Below are positions 35,501 through 48,500 of a stretch of DNA of 64,000 bases, in pieces. This stretch comes from Vicugna vicugna (Eukaryota). A program made the translations under genes and the position numbers. The stretch spans positions 3,962,880-4,026,879 of the forward strand of contig MU058337.1 in the NCBI GenBank assembly GCA_013265495.1. The letters run 5' to 3'. Positions within the stretch are counted from its first letter, which is position 1. Each line of letters starts with the position of its first letter. Under the pieces are notes generated by a model, which saw only the letters and a program-made list of their open reading frames with translations, searched no databases and had not been told where the DNA came from.

Positions 35501-38436
35501 GCAGACAAACTACTGTTACTTTTGGAATTGAGCAACGAGAAAAAAGGAATGAACGTGAGAGAAAGAAATGAGATGAGCCCATGCAAGCAAACTTCTGTAC
35601 ATGTGGAGGCAGTACTTTACTCCAGAGTGGAAGCGGATGGAAGGAAGGAAGGAGGGACAGAGGGAGGGAGGAAAGTAATGCTTTCACAGCAGCACAGAAG
35701 AGGAATTGTTCAGAGACAGGGGACCAAGGGATGAGGGGTCCATCAGCCACTTACAGGGAAACGGAGCAGGGAATAGGACAGGGGGCAAGATGTAGCCTAA
35801 GGACAGGATCTCAGACCCAACAAGAGATAGGACTGTCCTAGTTGAGAGTACGCTGTGTCTCACCATTACTGGGTTCTTCTGGTAGAATTCTCAATGGAAT
35901 GCAGACAGCAAAAACGCGGGATGTGACTGACCACATTCCTGGAGAACGTTGAGTTTCAGAGTCAAGAGAGCAATCTTGGGAAACACCCTCACTCAAAGCC
36001 ACAAGTACCTCAAACCCTGTCTAAATCTGATCCAGTGTCAAGGAACAGAGGCTCTGCTCCATCGGGCTGCTCCTCACGCAGGGGGACCTGCGACCCTTAA
36101 GGAAAAATGCTTGAGATGGATGAAGGATGTGGGAGAGGCAGCCCAGGTACTCTCAAGCAGCTGCTCCATGTGGAGCAGGAACGAGGAGAAGCAGGGCCAC
36201 GCCCATCACCATGCAGGTACAGCCAGGTGTCCGTGAGCAAGGACTCAGTGCCAACAAAAGAGCCTGCGCATCTCAATACAACCTTCCACATATGCAAATA
36301 GATCTCACAGGACGCCGGAAGTGAAAAGAACAAGGATTTATTTTCAGCAAAACTGTGAAGCAATACTACAGAATATGATATTTAGATAAAGGATAATTTT
36401 CATACAAAGGGCAAAATCATGACTTATGTAGATATAAGAATGAACGTGTGTTTACAATTTTAGCTCATGAATGACGAAAGTGGTGAAGTCTGGCCACCAA
36501 TTCAAAAGAGAGAAAAAAAAAGCCAACAGGACTACGTAGAGGTCAGGAATATTGAAATTAATGTGCAAGATGGGGACAAAACTGGCCTCTTCCACAGTCA
36601 GAGGAGGGAAGACAATTGAAATGAACCTCACCAGACGAATGCCCTTGCTTTGCTACCAGCTATCAATATGGAGATCTTCCAGACTTGTGAATTAGCTCCC
36701 ACAGAATAGAGTCATGTCCTAAGCACAGGCATAGCTTTCCACTGAAACTCAGATTTTCCTGAGAGTGCTTCAGCTGGTATTTGCCTACAGAAACGTATCA
36801 AAAGTACACTTGCAAATGATCATGGAATTTTAGAGAAAGAAACGCATCTCCAGGCCGCCATTTTACTCCGAGGGTGATACGGATGCTGAGGAAGCAGTGG
36901 GAGGTGACAGCAGTGACAGCACGCAGAGAACCTTGCTGTGCAGCCTGCTCCCACAGCCTGTTTCTGAAGATCCGTCTATTCATGTTCCATCACAGAGCCT
37001 GCCTGTGCCAAGTTCCCTGTTTCCCAGCTCACTGGCCCCCTCCCACCCCTAAAGCATGCTGTAGACCTTGAGAAGGTCTGAAGCTGGCCTCCAGTCCTGA
37101 CATCATCCCAACACAAAGCCTGGGTCTAGGCGCTCCGCCAGCACTAAGATGAAATGTGAAAAATCCAGCCCTCCAGTTGCTTATCTGTAACACCCTACAC
37201 TGAGTCCACACAGCATCGTCACAGACAAGCCCAAGCCTCCCTTCTCTTACTTAGGTGACAGATGTTAACGGGATTAGAGCTCAAAGACGTTTGATCATAG
37301 AATAACAGGCAGTGGCCACAACTGCTCACAGACTGGAGCGACCGGAAGGCCTGCAGCAGTAACGTGCGTGATTCCTTCCGAAACGGAAAGCAAAAGAGCA
37401 CGTGGGACAGATGAAACAAAATGTGCCTTCCACATGAAGCTGAGGAGAAAAAGTACATTCTGAAGCTCCAGGAACCCCCAGAACCCCGGAGAAGTACAAA
37501 CACTCTGCCAAAATGTTGTTTCAAAGGCAGAGGATAGAAAAATGTCAAGTCTGGGTTGGAAGGCAAATTTTGCCTCTAGACGCCAAAAGCAATTGTAACA
37601 CAGGTTGGGACAAACGCTAGGGGAAGCTCCCAGAAGCAATCATGTGTGCGCGGTGGTCACTTCCAATAGTGTAGACAGAATGACAGCAATAAACGTCCGC
37701 AAGAAATGAGAATACAGTCTAGACCAGGAGATTTTACTGTTCTCAGATGTTGATGGTTACACACGATTGAAGAAAAAAAAATCCATTTTCTTTTACATTA
37801 AAACTCTTTCAAATGAAGTCAAACAAAATAAAGACAAAAGTAATATATCTTATGGAACACTCTAACAAAGGAATTTGGTTGGAATCTGAATGCCCTGTTT
37901 GTTAATGGAAAACCCATTATGGCTCTTGAGGAGAATTCTTTTTTTAAAAAACAAATGAGGATTTGTCCCATCACACTGACATCACTCTCCCGTGGTTAGT
38001 CCAGAAATTTTGCAAATATCAACAGTGGCACATTTAGCGGGCACGTCATGTCCTAAAAAGAAAGAGGAGAAACAAATATTTATCATCGCTGTGCGCCAGG
38101 CCCTGAACCAAGTGTAATCTTATTCAGTCTTATTCAACACTGAGCTGCTCACATGTCCAGATTCAACCCTAGATACAAACAGGGGAGGATTTTTTAAAAG
38201 AAAGAAAGAAACTCAAAATTGAACCTAAATAATCATGTTGCACCAAACAATTAAGCCATCGAGTTTGGATACAAACCCAATTCTGTCTGACTGGGGAGGC
38301 GGGACGCTGCCTGGGTGATGGGTAGGATGTGGTCTGTGTTATCTTGTTGGCTTTCTTAAAGCAGTGCTGCTCTCCGACTAAAGCAAGATTATATTCCAAA
38401 ACATCTTTTGCTATATTCAGTCAAAAATTATTTTTA

Positions 38437-38650
38437 TCAGGATTTGCAGATACTAACTACTGTATATAAAACAGATAAACAACAGGGTCCTGCTGTACAG
38501 CACAGGGAACTCTATTCAGTACCTTATAATAGCCTATAATGAAAAAGAGTGTGAAAAGGCATATATATATATATATATAACCGAATCACTGTGCTGTACA
38601 CAAGAAACTAACACAACATTGTAACCCGACTCTATTTCAATAATAAAAAA
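38437..38650 (+). mobile_element. Young cetartiodactyl-type L1 3' end with internal (AT)n, inserted in an L2 tail
   Basis: gatttgcagatactaactactgtatataaaacagataaacaacagggtcctgctgtacagcacagggaactctattcagtacc...gaatcactgtgctgtacac. The flanks form an antisense L2 3' end. Confidence 0.88.
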
Positions 38651-39049
38651 TATTCCTAAGCATCTGCTGTATGCCAGACACTGTTCTGAACAGCACTGGG
38701 GACACATCAAGACACTGGAGGGGGAAAAAATACAGAACGTTCTGTCCTAGTAGATTTACGTTATATTAAACATAGATTTGATCTCTGATCTCTTTAGAGA
38801 GAGAAAATGTTTTACTCAAATTTTCTTTTAAGTGTCTTAAAATTTCCCAAAGGGAAAAAAATATATATCTAGCAATAGTATGGTTAACTTAGCAATAGTG
38901 TGATTAAAGCTCCAGGTATTATAGGGAGATGACACTCTTAGGAACACTGTTGTCCCTGTAAAACATGATTCCTTGCCCGGTGTCAGTATGTGTGGGGTGG
39001 GGTCTGGTGGGTAGAATGTCATCGTGTAAGGGAACAGGGTGTACCACGT

Positions 39050-39215
39050 GTGTTCCAGCTACTAACCCTACACAGATCATCCCAGCTCTCCAGACCCCAG
39101 TGTCTTGAGCTGGTAAATGAGGTAACAAGACCCCCTCCACCGGGTGGGTGAGAAAGCTAAGTGAGCAGAGGGAAACTCAGCTTAGCACAAAGCACTTGTA
39201 AGCATCAACCGATAC
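39050..39215 (+). mobile_element. MIR SINE (degenerate)
   Basis: cccagtgtcttgagctggtaaatgaggtaacaagacc...cttagcacaaagcacttgtaagcatcaa. Confidence 0.5.
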
Positions 39216-39479
39216 TATCCTGACATGAAAGGACGTGACTTTCTGCTGTTACCTAATTTAGTTGTCTGAAAAACATCAGCATCTAGGCGATGGCATTAAT
39301 GCTCAATACTGATGTCACCCAGCAGCAGCGTCCCGTCAACTCCGCTGGCCGTGCTAGAGGCCAGAAACAGCAGAAGTACGAGGTGTGTGCGCACACACTC
39401 ACACACACCTACACATGTGAAAGGAAAAGAACGCGTGTGCCTTACATACCTAATTCCTGATGTTCTCAATTTCCCTGCT

Positions 39480-39565
39480 GGACCTACACTGTTGTTGCGT
39501 TTCACAGAAGAGGAGACTAAGGATCAGAGTGATTGACTAATACGCCAAGGTCACACAGCACTTAA
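39480..39565 (-). mobile_element. MIR core fragment
   Basis: tttcacagaagaggagactaaggatcagagtgattgactaatacgccaaggtcacacagc. Confidence 0.65.
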
Positions 39566-42500
39566 AAGATGAAATATTACCCCCATGCTCATCCTTTTCA
39601 TTCTTACACCTGGTGCTCCCAGCAATACCATGCTTCTCTCATGTGTAAAAAGTTAATACTATTCAGTTCTGCAGTATTGTTCCATGCCTATCTTTGAAAT
39701 AAATTTCCCTTATGTCCTGAAACTTCCCAGTCAGCCTCCATCTGAAAGTATGGATCTGCACTGTGACAACTGTTATGTTCTCCATGCATCCTTTATTGGC
39801 TAAAAGTCCCCAAACCCTCACTCCATTTGGGGTGAATATAATGCACCTCTGAGACTGAACTCAAGTTCAGGATGAGAAGTGACTTCTTCCTTCTCTAAAT
39901 AGTTTAGAGCCACCGCCTCTATGTGACTCATCTGTGATGATCTGGGGCCCGCGTGTGGAGGAATAAGTGAATGAATCAACTAACCCATCGGATGTGACTA
40001 GTTCAGGAGTTCTGGAGCAGGAGGTACTCCAGAAGCGTGAGAACGGTGGCAGTCACAAGTGCTCCGGTAAGGAATGACAGTCACACCCTGGAAGTACGGC
40101 CAAATGTAACATCATTTCCTAATAGACAGGTGGGTGGGATGTAGTTTGTGGATGTTTACTAAAGTTTGTTTTAAAATGGGAAAAACAGGAGCTCCTGCCG
40201 GTACTTCCGTTCCCCTGCTGCCCGCCGTCCTGCTACTCCTGCCCGTCCCCCAACTTAAAGTAAAACAGGGAAAGCGTGACGAATGGATGCACTGCGCTGT
40301 CGAATTCTCCCTGTTCCAGTGACTCCAATGCACTGTAAATCCTTGTAAGCACATATTTCGTCCATTAAACTGTAATTCAAGAAAGTTTGTGCAGTTAGGA
40401 TCACACGGCTTGCTTTAGGAACCATCACATCAACCACCTCGGATGCGGTCCTTTACAAAGCAACCTGCACGCTCCTGAGTGTGTGTGTGAGGTTTGTCTT
40501 GATCACCTGGAGGAGCTGCAGACCCAGCTGTCCTCACAGAGGGACAGGAGGTCCCCTCACGTCTTAACACGTGTCACCAGCAGTCATGTGTATGAAGTCT
40601 CCAAGACCTTTTGAACTCTGTTACTTTACCCATTCTGTTTATAATCAGTTTTAGTTTTTAATTTGATTTTGAAATTGGAGTTAAGCAAAAGATATTTTCT
40701 TTTTAGTGCCACGCTTTCATTTCCTTGCAGCCAACACTGTAATAACTAGAATTTCAGCAACTTACTCCTCATTAAATCCCCATTAGAAACACCTTTCCTC
40801 TGTATGTTTTGGATGATAGTTTATACCTCTGCTCCCTTTTAGCCTTTTTATAGTGCTTACAATTTTTCACTGATAGTCAAACTTTGGTTTCTTTTCATAT
40901 GCAAGTTGAATTTTTATTTTTCCTGTTTTGTTTTCATTGTCAACATTCCAGATTGAGCTTAATAGAAATGCTTCTCAGAAGATATATAAATATTACATCA
41001 AAATCCAAAAGTAGGAAAATTGTATTCCAGTAAAACAGTACTATATATATAATATTCCGATTCAGTGTTACTAGGCCTCTAGGCATGCTAGGAAGGAAAA
41101 AAAGCCCTACCCCGAAATTGCCACAATCTATATAGTCTGAAATATTAATGATCACTTTAGCCCAAAGGTCAACTTTTTGATAGAAGAGACGATCATTCTT
41201 AATAAAATATTTATGAGTGAAAAATATCTGGAATAAAGCACTTTTTAAAAATTTGTGGTAAGTTTAAAGTAATCAGCACATGCTTCTCCTTGGGGACCAA
41301 TATTCAGAGAAATCAGTTCATTTGACTTTATTGACATTAGTGATGCTTGGCAGATTAGGGATTTTTCCTCTTTTTAAATTTGTTAAATGTTGAAGACCTG
41401 CCAGATTGGCAGCCCTGGAAATCTCGGTTACTTCACGGAATTGGCTCTCCTTATGTATCACCGTGTTCCTCAGCTTGGGGTGTAGATTTTGTTGGGTGTT
41501 CTCCCTCCCTTCATTACTTTCCTACTGCAGCACAGTCAGTAATGAATCAGGGAAACCACTGGAAAAGTGACTGACCCACTCCGTCCCTGGTGAGACATAA
41601 CTGACTCCTTAGGATTACGGGAGAAGGATTTGAATAGAGAGCAAGGAATTGAGGTGAGGGAAAAAGAGGAATGTTTGTAGCTCATGTAGGCCTGGTGGTT
41701 AATATCATGTAATAGGCTGTCTGCATGGTTTCTAACCCCACCTGAGTGAGACACAGGAAATTGCTGAGCATCAGAGAAGAGCCTTCGTATTCCCATGTGT
41801 AGAACTCCAGAAACTTCGACTCTCGTGGTTAAAGAACCAGGACCCTTGGGCTAAAATACAGCTCACAGGCAGTGTTGGCACCGCTCTCCAACACAGGCTT
41901 CCCGGCTGATCATCTGTTCTTCCACTGACAAGAAACTTTATATCCCCTAAGGCAGCTCATTGGAGAGATAAATATTCTTTTATTAAGTTGAAATGCTGCT
42001 TCTTTCTAACTCAGACTCCAAATGGCGTGGGGGTCGCTGGACCCAACTCTATCCCTTGGGGTCAGTTCCTCGGAAACATTTCTTGTGTTAGGATTTAGGC
42101 TGGCTGCTGCTTTCTAGTCAAGTCAAAGTTAATAAGAAAATAATCAGTCTTGTAAATTATCATTACTTATGTCTCTCGGCCTGTCTCCAAATCACCCCAA
42201 GCTAAAAGACGGTTTTCCATTTTGGCCTCAACTAAACTGGAGATTTGGGGTTTGTTTTGAAGCTGAAAAGCCCATTGCTATTTGCTTATTTTTAATTCAG
42301 AAAGTTTACATCACTCTTTTTATGTATCTTTTAAATATCTTTCATCCTGGGGGATGTGGGCAGACCATCTCCAAACTTTGAATAAAACAGATCTAGTCAC
42401 TTTATTGTTAAAGGGGCATGGTTGCAAAAAGCAAAGTCCTGGGTTTCCCAAGGAAATGAGAAATTTTCAGTTTTCAGTTACAAATGTGTGAAACACCAAA

Positions 42501-45500
42501 ATAACTTTGCTCGAAGTGCTGACCAGAACAAAACACAGTACAGTCCTTGGTCTGAACAGAAAAGCCCCTTGTTGTAGGACATGAGTAGGCAATATCACAC
42601 ACAAACCACCTCAGATGACTTTTTCTTCTAGATTTATGGTCAAACCAAGTAAGCATGTGTATTAGCAAAATAGAAAATGAACAGAAACCGTTCAAAATGG
42701 GCTCTGTTTGCACTCAGGGGAGTGCACAGAATTGAGGGGGGCACACATCCAATTAAAGGTTTATTTTCTGATGTCTAAACTGTTACATATACACTATTTA
42801 TAACAAGTGTCAGAGGCAGTAAACTACTGCAGAATGATACCCATGACAGTTGCAGATTTGTGTCCTGTAACACATGTTGTTGATGATTAAAAAATTCAGA
42901 CAAGTGACAAACATTGATGAATTCTGCATGTCATAAATAGTGAACTGCCCTTTCTAGAACAAATGCCAGAAGAGAACCATGACATAGAGGGAACAGGGGA
43001 TTAGAATGACATATCTAGAGAGTGTAGAAAGTAGGTTGCCTCTGTCCACTAAATCAGGCACCAACTGAAACCAGTTGCTTACATGCAGACATTCCTAGGT
43101 GCCTGCGATCCTCTGAACTTCACATTGCCCACTAAAGAGACTGGTTCTGTGGCTTCCATTTCTCTAAAGCACAGCTAAGTCACCATGACGCCCGCCGTGG
43201 CCCTGTTCCTGCCTGACCTCGGCCACATAGCATCATCGGTGGTGTCAGTTCCTTCTTTACCTTCGTCTTCCCAGGTCTGTGCCTCCTTTGTGTCATCAGC
43301 GTGGGGCCATGAGAAAGTGCTGCCTGGAGGCCTGGGGAGTGGTCCCATGCTGGCCAGCACCTTCATCTTCAGGCAGAGCACGGTGGTGGCTGTCTTGGAG
43401 CTGCCACTTAGATCCAAGTGATTCTCTTGGAAAATAAAGCAAAATTGGAAGGGAAGCAGTCTGAGTAGAATCAGCAGTTGCCGCAGCTTCTCCAGGTAAG
43501 GGCGCTTAATCTCTATTTCACTGCACCTGAAGACACCCACAGACGCCTAAGGGACTCCCTCTCAAGAGGCAGAGGGACTCCGGTCTCACACGCCAGAGCT
43601 CCAAAGGAGGTTACGCCATTCAGGCTTTCCCAGCACGGTGTGAAGACACGCCTCTGCCCTGGAGGGGCCACACACTTTACCTGTCGGTCTGAACACCATT
43701 AGCTCTGCAAGAGCACGAAGACCAGGATGAACTTACGTATTGTAGCTCTCCTTTTTACAATAAAACATGTCGAGTTTACTTGGAGCCAAATGTGACCATT
43801 TGCTTTTGAGTTGTTAAGTCCCTTGGATCCAGTTGCTTCAAAAAAGGCTGAAGAAAACAAATAGAAGACATTTTCCTGAAATCAACAGTTCTTCTCTTTT
43901 CTAATATGGTAGGAAAAGTTAATATGAAAGTCGCTATTTGAAGTGTACAAATTCATATATATGAACGCATATAATTTCAAATTAATAAGATAACACGGTA
44001 ATTTTTCACAGCAATTCCCTGCTCGGAAGCAGTCAAAACCACTGTCATCCGTAAGGGGATATTTTTATGGTTCAGTTTGATTTAGATACAGGATGCCCAC
44101 TATAAAAAGGAAATGAAGAAACATGATTAAAAGTTCGCTCTATGTTCTGCTTTAAAATATTTTTCTTTTTTTTTCTCCCACCGAGGAAGCTAATTCAAAC
44201 TTACAGACAAGACATAAGTAAAAATAACTCATCTACTGAAGACCTCTTTGAGAAAAGCACTTCAGTTTCCCTCTTCCATGAGGAGTATTTTAACTAAAAT
44301 AAATGGAAGAGATCCTGTGTCTCTTCCCTACACCCACATATCCTGTTTTTCTAACTGGCAAGAAAAAGTGCCATAAATACAAGTCAGGGAGGGAAAAATC
44401 GACTGATGCCCCTCAGAAGCATGCTGAGAAGACCCTGGTGCAGATGATTTACTATGAACGCATCAAATTCTTGTCCGGAAGAGGAAAAATAAGCAAAACA
44501 AATGCTTGGAAATATAATAAAAAACAAAGATGGCAAAAGTAGAGAAATGAATTTCCAGAAAAATCCAGTAAGGCCCCAAACGCACACAAACTGATTTCCT
44601 ACTTCATCTGAAGGTTCTGCTGGCTCGTCAAGTAGAAGCCGCCTGCAGGCTAAGGGATATCGACCATCACTCCAAGCTGTAGAGCTTTGTTTCCTGAATT
44701 TGATCTTCGAAGTTTCCATCACAAATGAAACAAGTCTACTAAAAGTTAGAATTTACTTCGAAGAGGAAGTTGCTTTAGCGGTCCATTTTAGTGTCGGTAT
44801 AAATCACATAAAACACAATGTATTGTAAACAAAGTAAATTTATTCCCAAGGAAGAGATTATAAAATATGAAAATGTCCTTTGGGAAGCCACTTACCTGAC
44901 TGAGATGATTTTACTACAGTCTTCACATCATTGTACCTTAAATACCCTCCCCGAAGTACTTCAGTTTATGTTGAAATAACCATCTGTTTTTCAGGTAACC
45001 AAGTGAACAGAACCTGATCATGTGAGAGCTATTGGCTTGCACAGCTAACAGGCATTACACAAACCAAGGAACCGTGGTAAATTTATGACAAATGGCATTA
45101 TGTTTCCTTTTAGATACATTATAATACACCAAAATGATTGTCAATACCATACTTTAAACAACACAACTGCACATTTTCTAAAACAATAATTTTGACAACA
45201 TATGTATATTTATGCCAAAGGCATCATATGGTAAATTGATTTGATTTTATAAGCTATTTCTCCCATAAAAACTAGAGTAAGGGAAAAAGCACCCCATCAA
45301 AATTAAGAATTTAGCGAAGTAAAACAAAAACACAGAAAATACATTTGAATTAGTGGTCTTTTTTTTTTTAAATGTCTGGTAAATATATACAGGTTGGATT
45401 TAGCTCTCGGGTTCTGGAAGAACTATATAGATGCTCTTTGAGTGCCTGAACCATGACTAGAGCGTCTCCAGCTTGGATCGATTATGAGTTATCGATTCTC

Positions 45501-48500
45501 TCAGATGCGGTGGCCAATCTGTGTGTGAACTCGTTGTCCATCACAGACATGAAACAATGTCAGTCTCTAACACAGACGAGAGGCAGCGACTTAGACAGGC
45601 CGCTTGGATGCCCATGCGAGTGGGCCAGTGTGTGTCGGTGCGCAGGGCGCAGCGTGTGTGTATACAGTAAACTGCCCTACAAGATGCTCGGCATTTGAAC
45701 AGGTCAGGTTTTCAGTTTGCAGGGGTTTTGTTTTTGTTTTTGTCTGGCGGATTGCAGAGAGAGCTGGGCCCCCGGCCGAGCTCCAGCGATGCTTGCTGGG
45801 GTACTGACAAGACACCTTAGCCAAAGTGCAACATTTGATTCTCTTGGCCTTCCCCAAATTCCCAAATTCATTTTTCTCTCTCCCAAAGAGATTCACTAAG
45901 CAGTTAAAGATCATGCTTAATAGCCCTCTGATATAAGGAAAAGATTATATTTAATGGATTTAAATATTCCTTTCTCTATCATGCTTAGCATTTCACAATT
46001 CAGGAACTTAATTGGTTTGCAAAGGTACAGGGGGTGGAAAAAAAAAAAAAAAAGACGGGACTCTGGATTTTATATGTAGTACTTTCTTGCCCCCTACTGG
46101 AAAATGTGGGCCTGGCATACTAAGAATTCTCACTATAGAGTATTTTCTGATTGATTTTTCCTATACAGCACCTATAAACCCATACCCACTTCAAGCAAAA
46201 AAGAAAGGTAGTAGGAAGATGTAGAAAGCCTTAAATACCATTAGCTCTGCATTTTATTGAAAAATAATGAATTTTAGAATTTCAATTTGTAAAGAAAAAA
46301 AAGCCCTCAGGAGTATACAAAAGTCAATTTTCCAATTGCACAGTAAAGGTTAATCTACCATATCAAGTTGAAAACTGGTAGAATTCTTTGTAAATAGAGT
46401 TTAAGGGAAGCTTAACAATCAACTGCATTTGCAAAAATTATAAAGGGCGTGTATTTCCTGCTTTTAAATATTATTCATGACTTCTTAGGCAACCAAAAAA
46501 AATTCCATTAGAAAGAGTATTTCAATAATATCTTAATTTTTGAAGACACACTTGCCATTTTTCTTCAGATATATTTTGCAACCCCGAGCAGCTGGGGCCT
46601 CTGGATCCCTTTTGATCATGTTTCCTCCTGCAGTAAATTATTAACGTCCTCTCATATTAAGGATGATGACCATCGCTATTTCTTGGGTATGCTTTTTAGT
46701 TTTTGTGGTTCAAGACCTCTGAACATTTTTATACAAATGCAGCTAATCACAAATTGCAATCCGCACAATGATGTACGTTTTCCTTAGACCAACATTCTTC
46801 TTTCATCAAATTCCAGTGACTGCGAGGCTGATAATAAGTATGACCGGCCCTCAAACAAAGAAGAGGTCACTCTTGGCGGGGTGCCCCGCTGGGACTGACT
46901 CTGACTTTTTCTGCCTCTTCAGGTCTTTGAGACAAGCAGTGGTTCCCTCCTGGGTGTCAGGAACCTCTGCTGAGAGCTTCTCAGTCATAAGCAACATAGA
47001 GCTTTTTACTCGGTGACCTTAATCTTTCAAATGACGGGTCACTTCCATGGTGAAGAAAATGTCCCCTTCCAGGCGCATCCAGGGAGGAAGGGCTCGGACG
47101 GACAGGCAAGAGCGTCCCGGAAGAGAGGGGACCTTTGCTTCTCCTCACCCCCCGCGGACACTGAATGTCCTCAAAGGCCAGTTCTTAGCTTGATCCCTAG
47201 ACAAGCTTGCACTCCAGAGGCACAGAGCAGGCACAGCTGCCAGCAGACCTTCCTTCACTCGCCTCTTGGCCCCTGACCTCAGTTTACGGAGGGTTCCCAT
47301 CTCCTTGGAAGGAGCCTCGCCTGAATTCCTTTCATGCTTAGTGTTCTTCCGCAGTCCCGTCCTTTTCGTGCGAAGACAGAGCTCTGCAGGTGAGACAGAC
47401 GGGCATCATTATCTTCAATAATAATCTTTGAATCCCCAAATTGCAAACATCTGCTCCAGGACAGCAACTATCTCTTCCCGGTAAATGGCATCCCAGTGGG
47501 GGCAGGGAGAGGGCAGAAATTCAAAGGTTTCATTTCATACAATGCCTGAGAAGGGTCTTGAACCTTTTAGGGCTAAGTCATTCACTCTAGTCATGGGCGC
47601 CAGGGATGCTCCCTCAGAAAAATTACCTGCTCTATAAATAGCAAGTGCCAAATCTCTGCGCCGACTCTTCTGTGACCTCTACAAAATGAGCATCTTCCAA
47701 CAAATTTCCCAGCAAACAAGTATGCATATTACCAAGCTCAGGGTAATAAACTCTCCTCTTTCCCCCACAGTAGTAACGATTGGAAACTGGGGACACTCAG
47801 TAAATGTCTCCAGTTGAATTGAAGTACGAATAAACTCAACTCAGTGATTATCCTGCTACAGAAGAAGCAAGGTTCAGTTGTAAAGCAATTCTGAAAGTGT
47901 CAAAGAGCAGCACTGGCTCAAAACTGTATCTCACAGTCTCACTCCACCGGCAGGGAGTTGACTGCCAGGACTTTCGAATAGAAAATCAGTTACGATACAA
48001 GGTCACGAGAGTTTTCCTAGTCTTTTTCCTCCTGATTTGTCTGCATGGATGTCTCCTCAATGTTCACTGGTTCGATTTTAGGGAAAAGGAAACTAGTATG
48101 AGATGATGCCGTTAAATCAAATCATTTACACCGCCGTGAGTACAGTCAAAATATGAGGTAGCGCATCTGGAGTTAGATTTTATAAGATCTCTCTATAGGT
48201 CTGCTGACTTAGTTATCGGTATATGGAGGGACATTTTGTAGTTCGCTATGTCTGTCCTCAGAATCTTCTAGGCTAATTTTCTAGAATTTAGGAAACAACT
48301 TTTAAGTCTCCAACCAAACACGGACCCAAGAATTTTCTCACACCCCGAATAATTTCCTGAGAAGAGTTTTAGCCTGCCCACCAATGGAGGAGGAATAGCC
48401 ACACACAAAGGTTTAGTTCAGTGTACAGAGAATTTCATGAAATTGGCTTCAGCCATCATCCTTTCACCCACTTCACCCTCTTGCTTCTAGTTCTTTTCTC

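Noticed and set aside
43175..43540. GC-richer overlapping ORFs (121 aa minus, 78 aa plus) that look exon-like
   Set aside because: No recognisable protein family and no convincing pair of splice sites.
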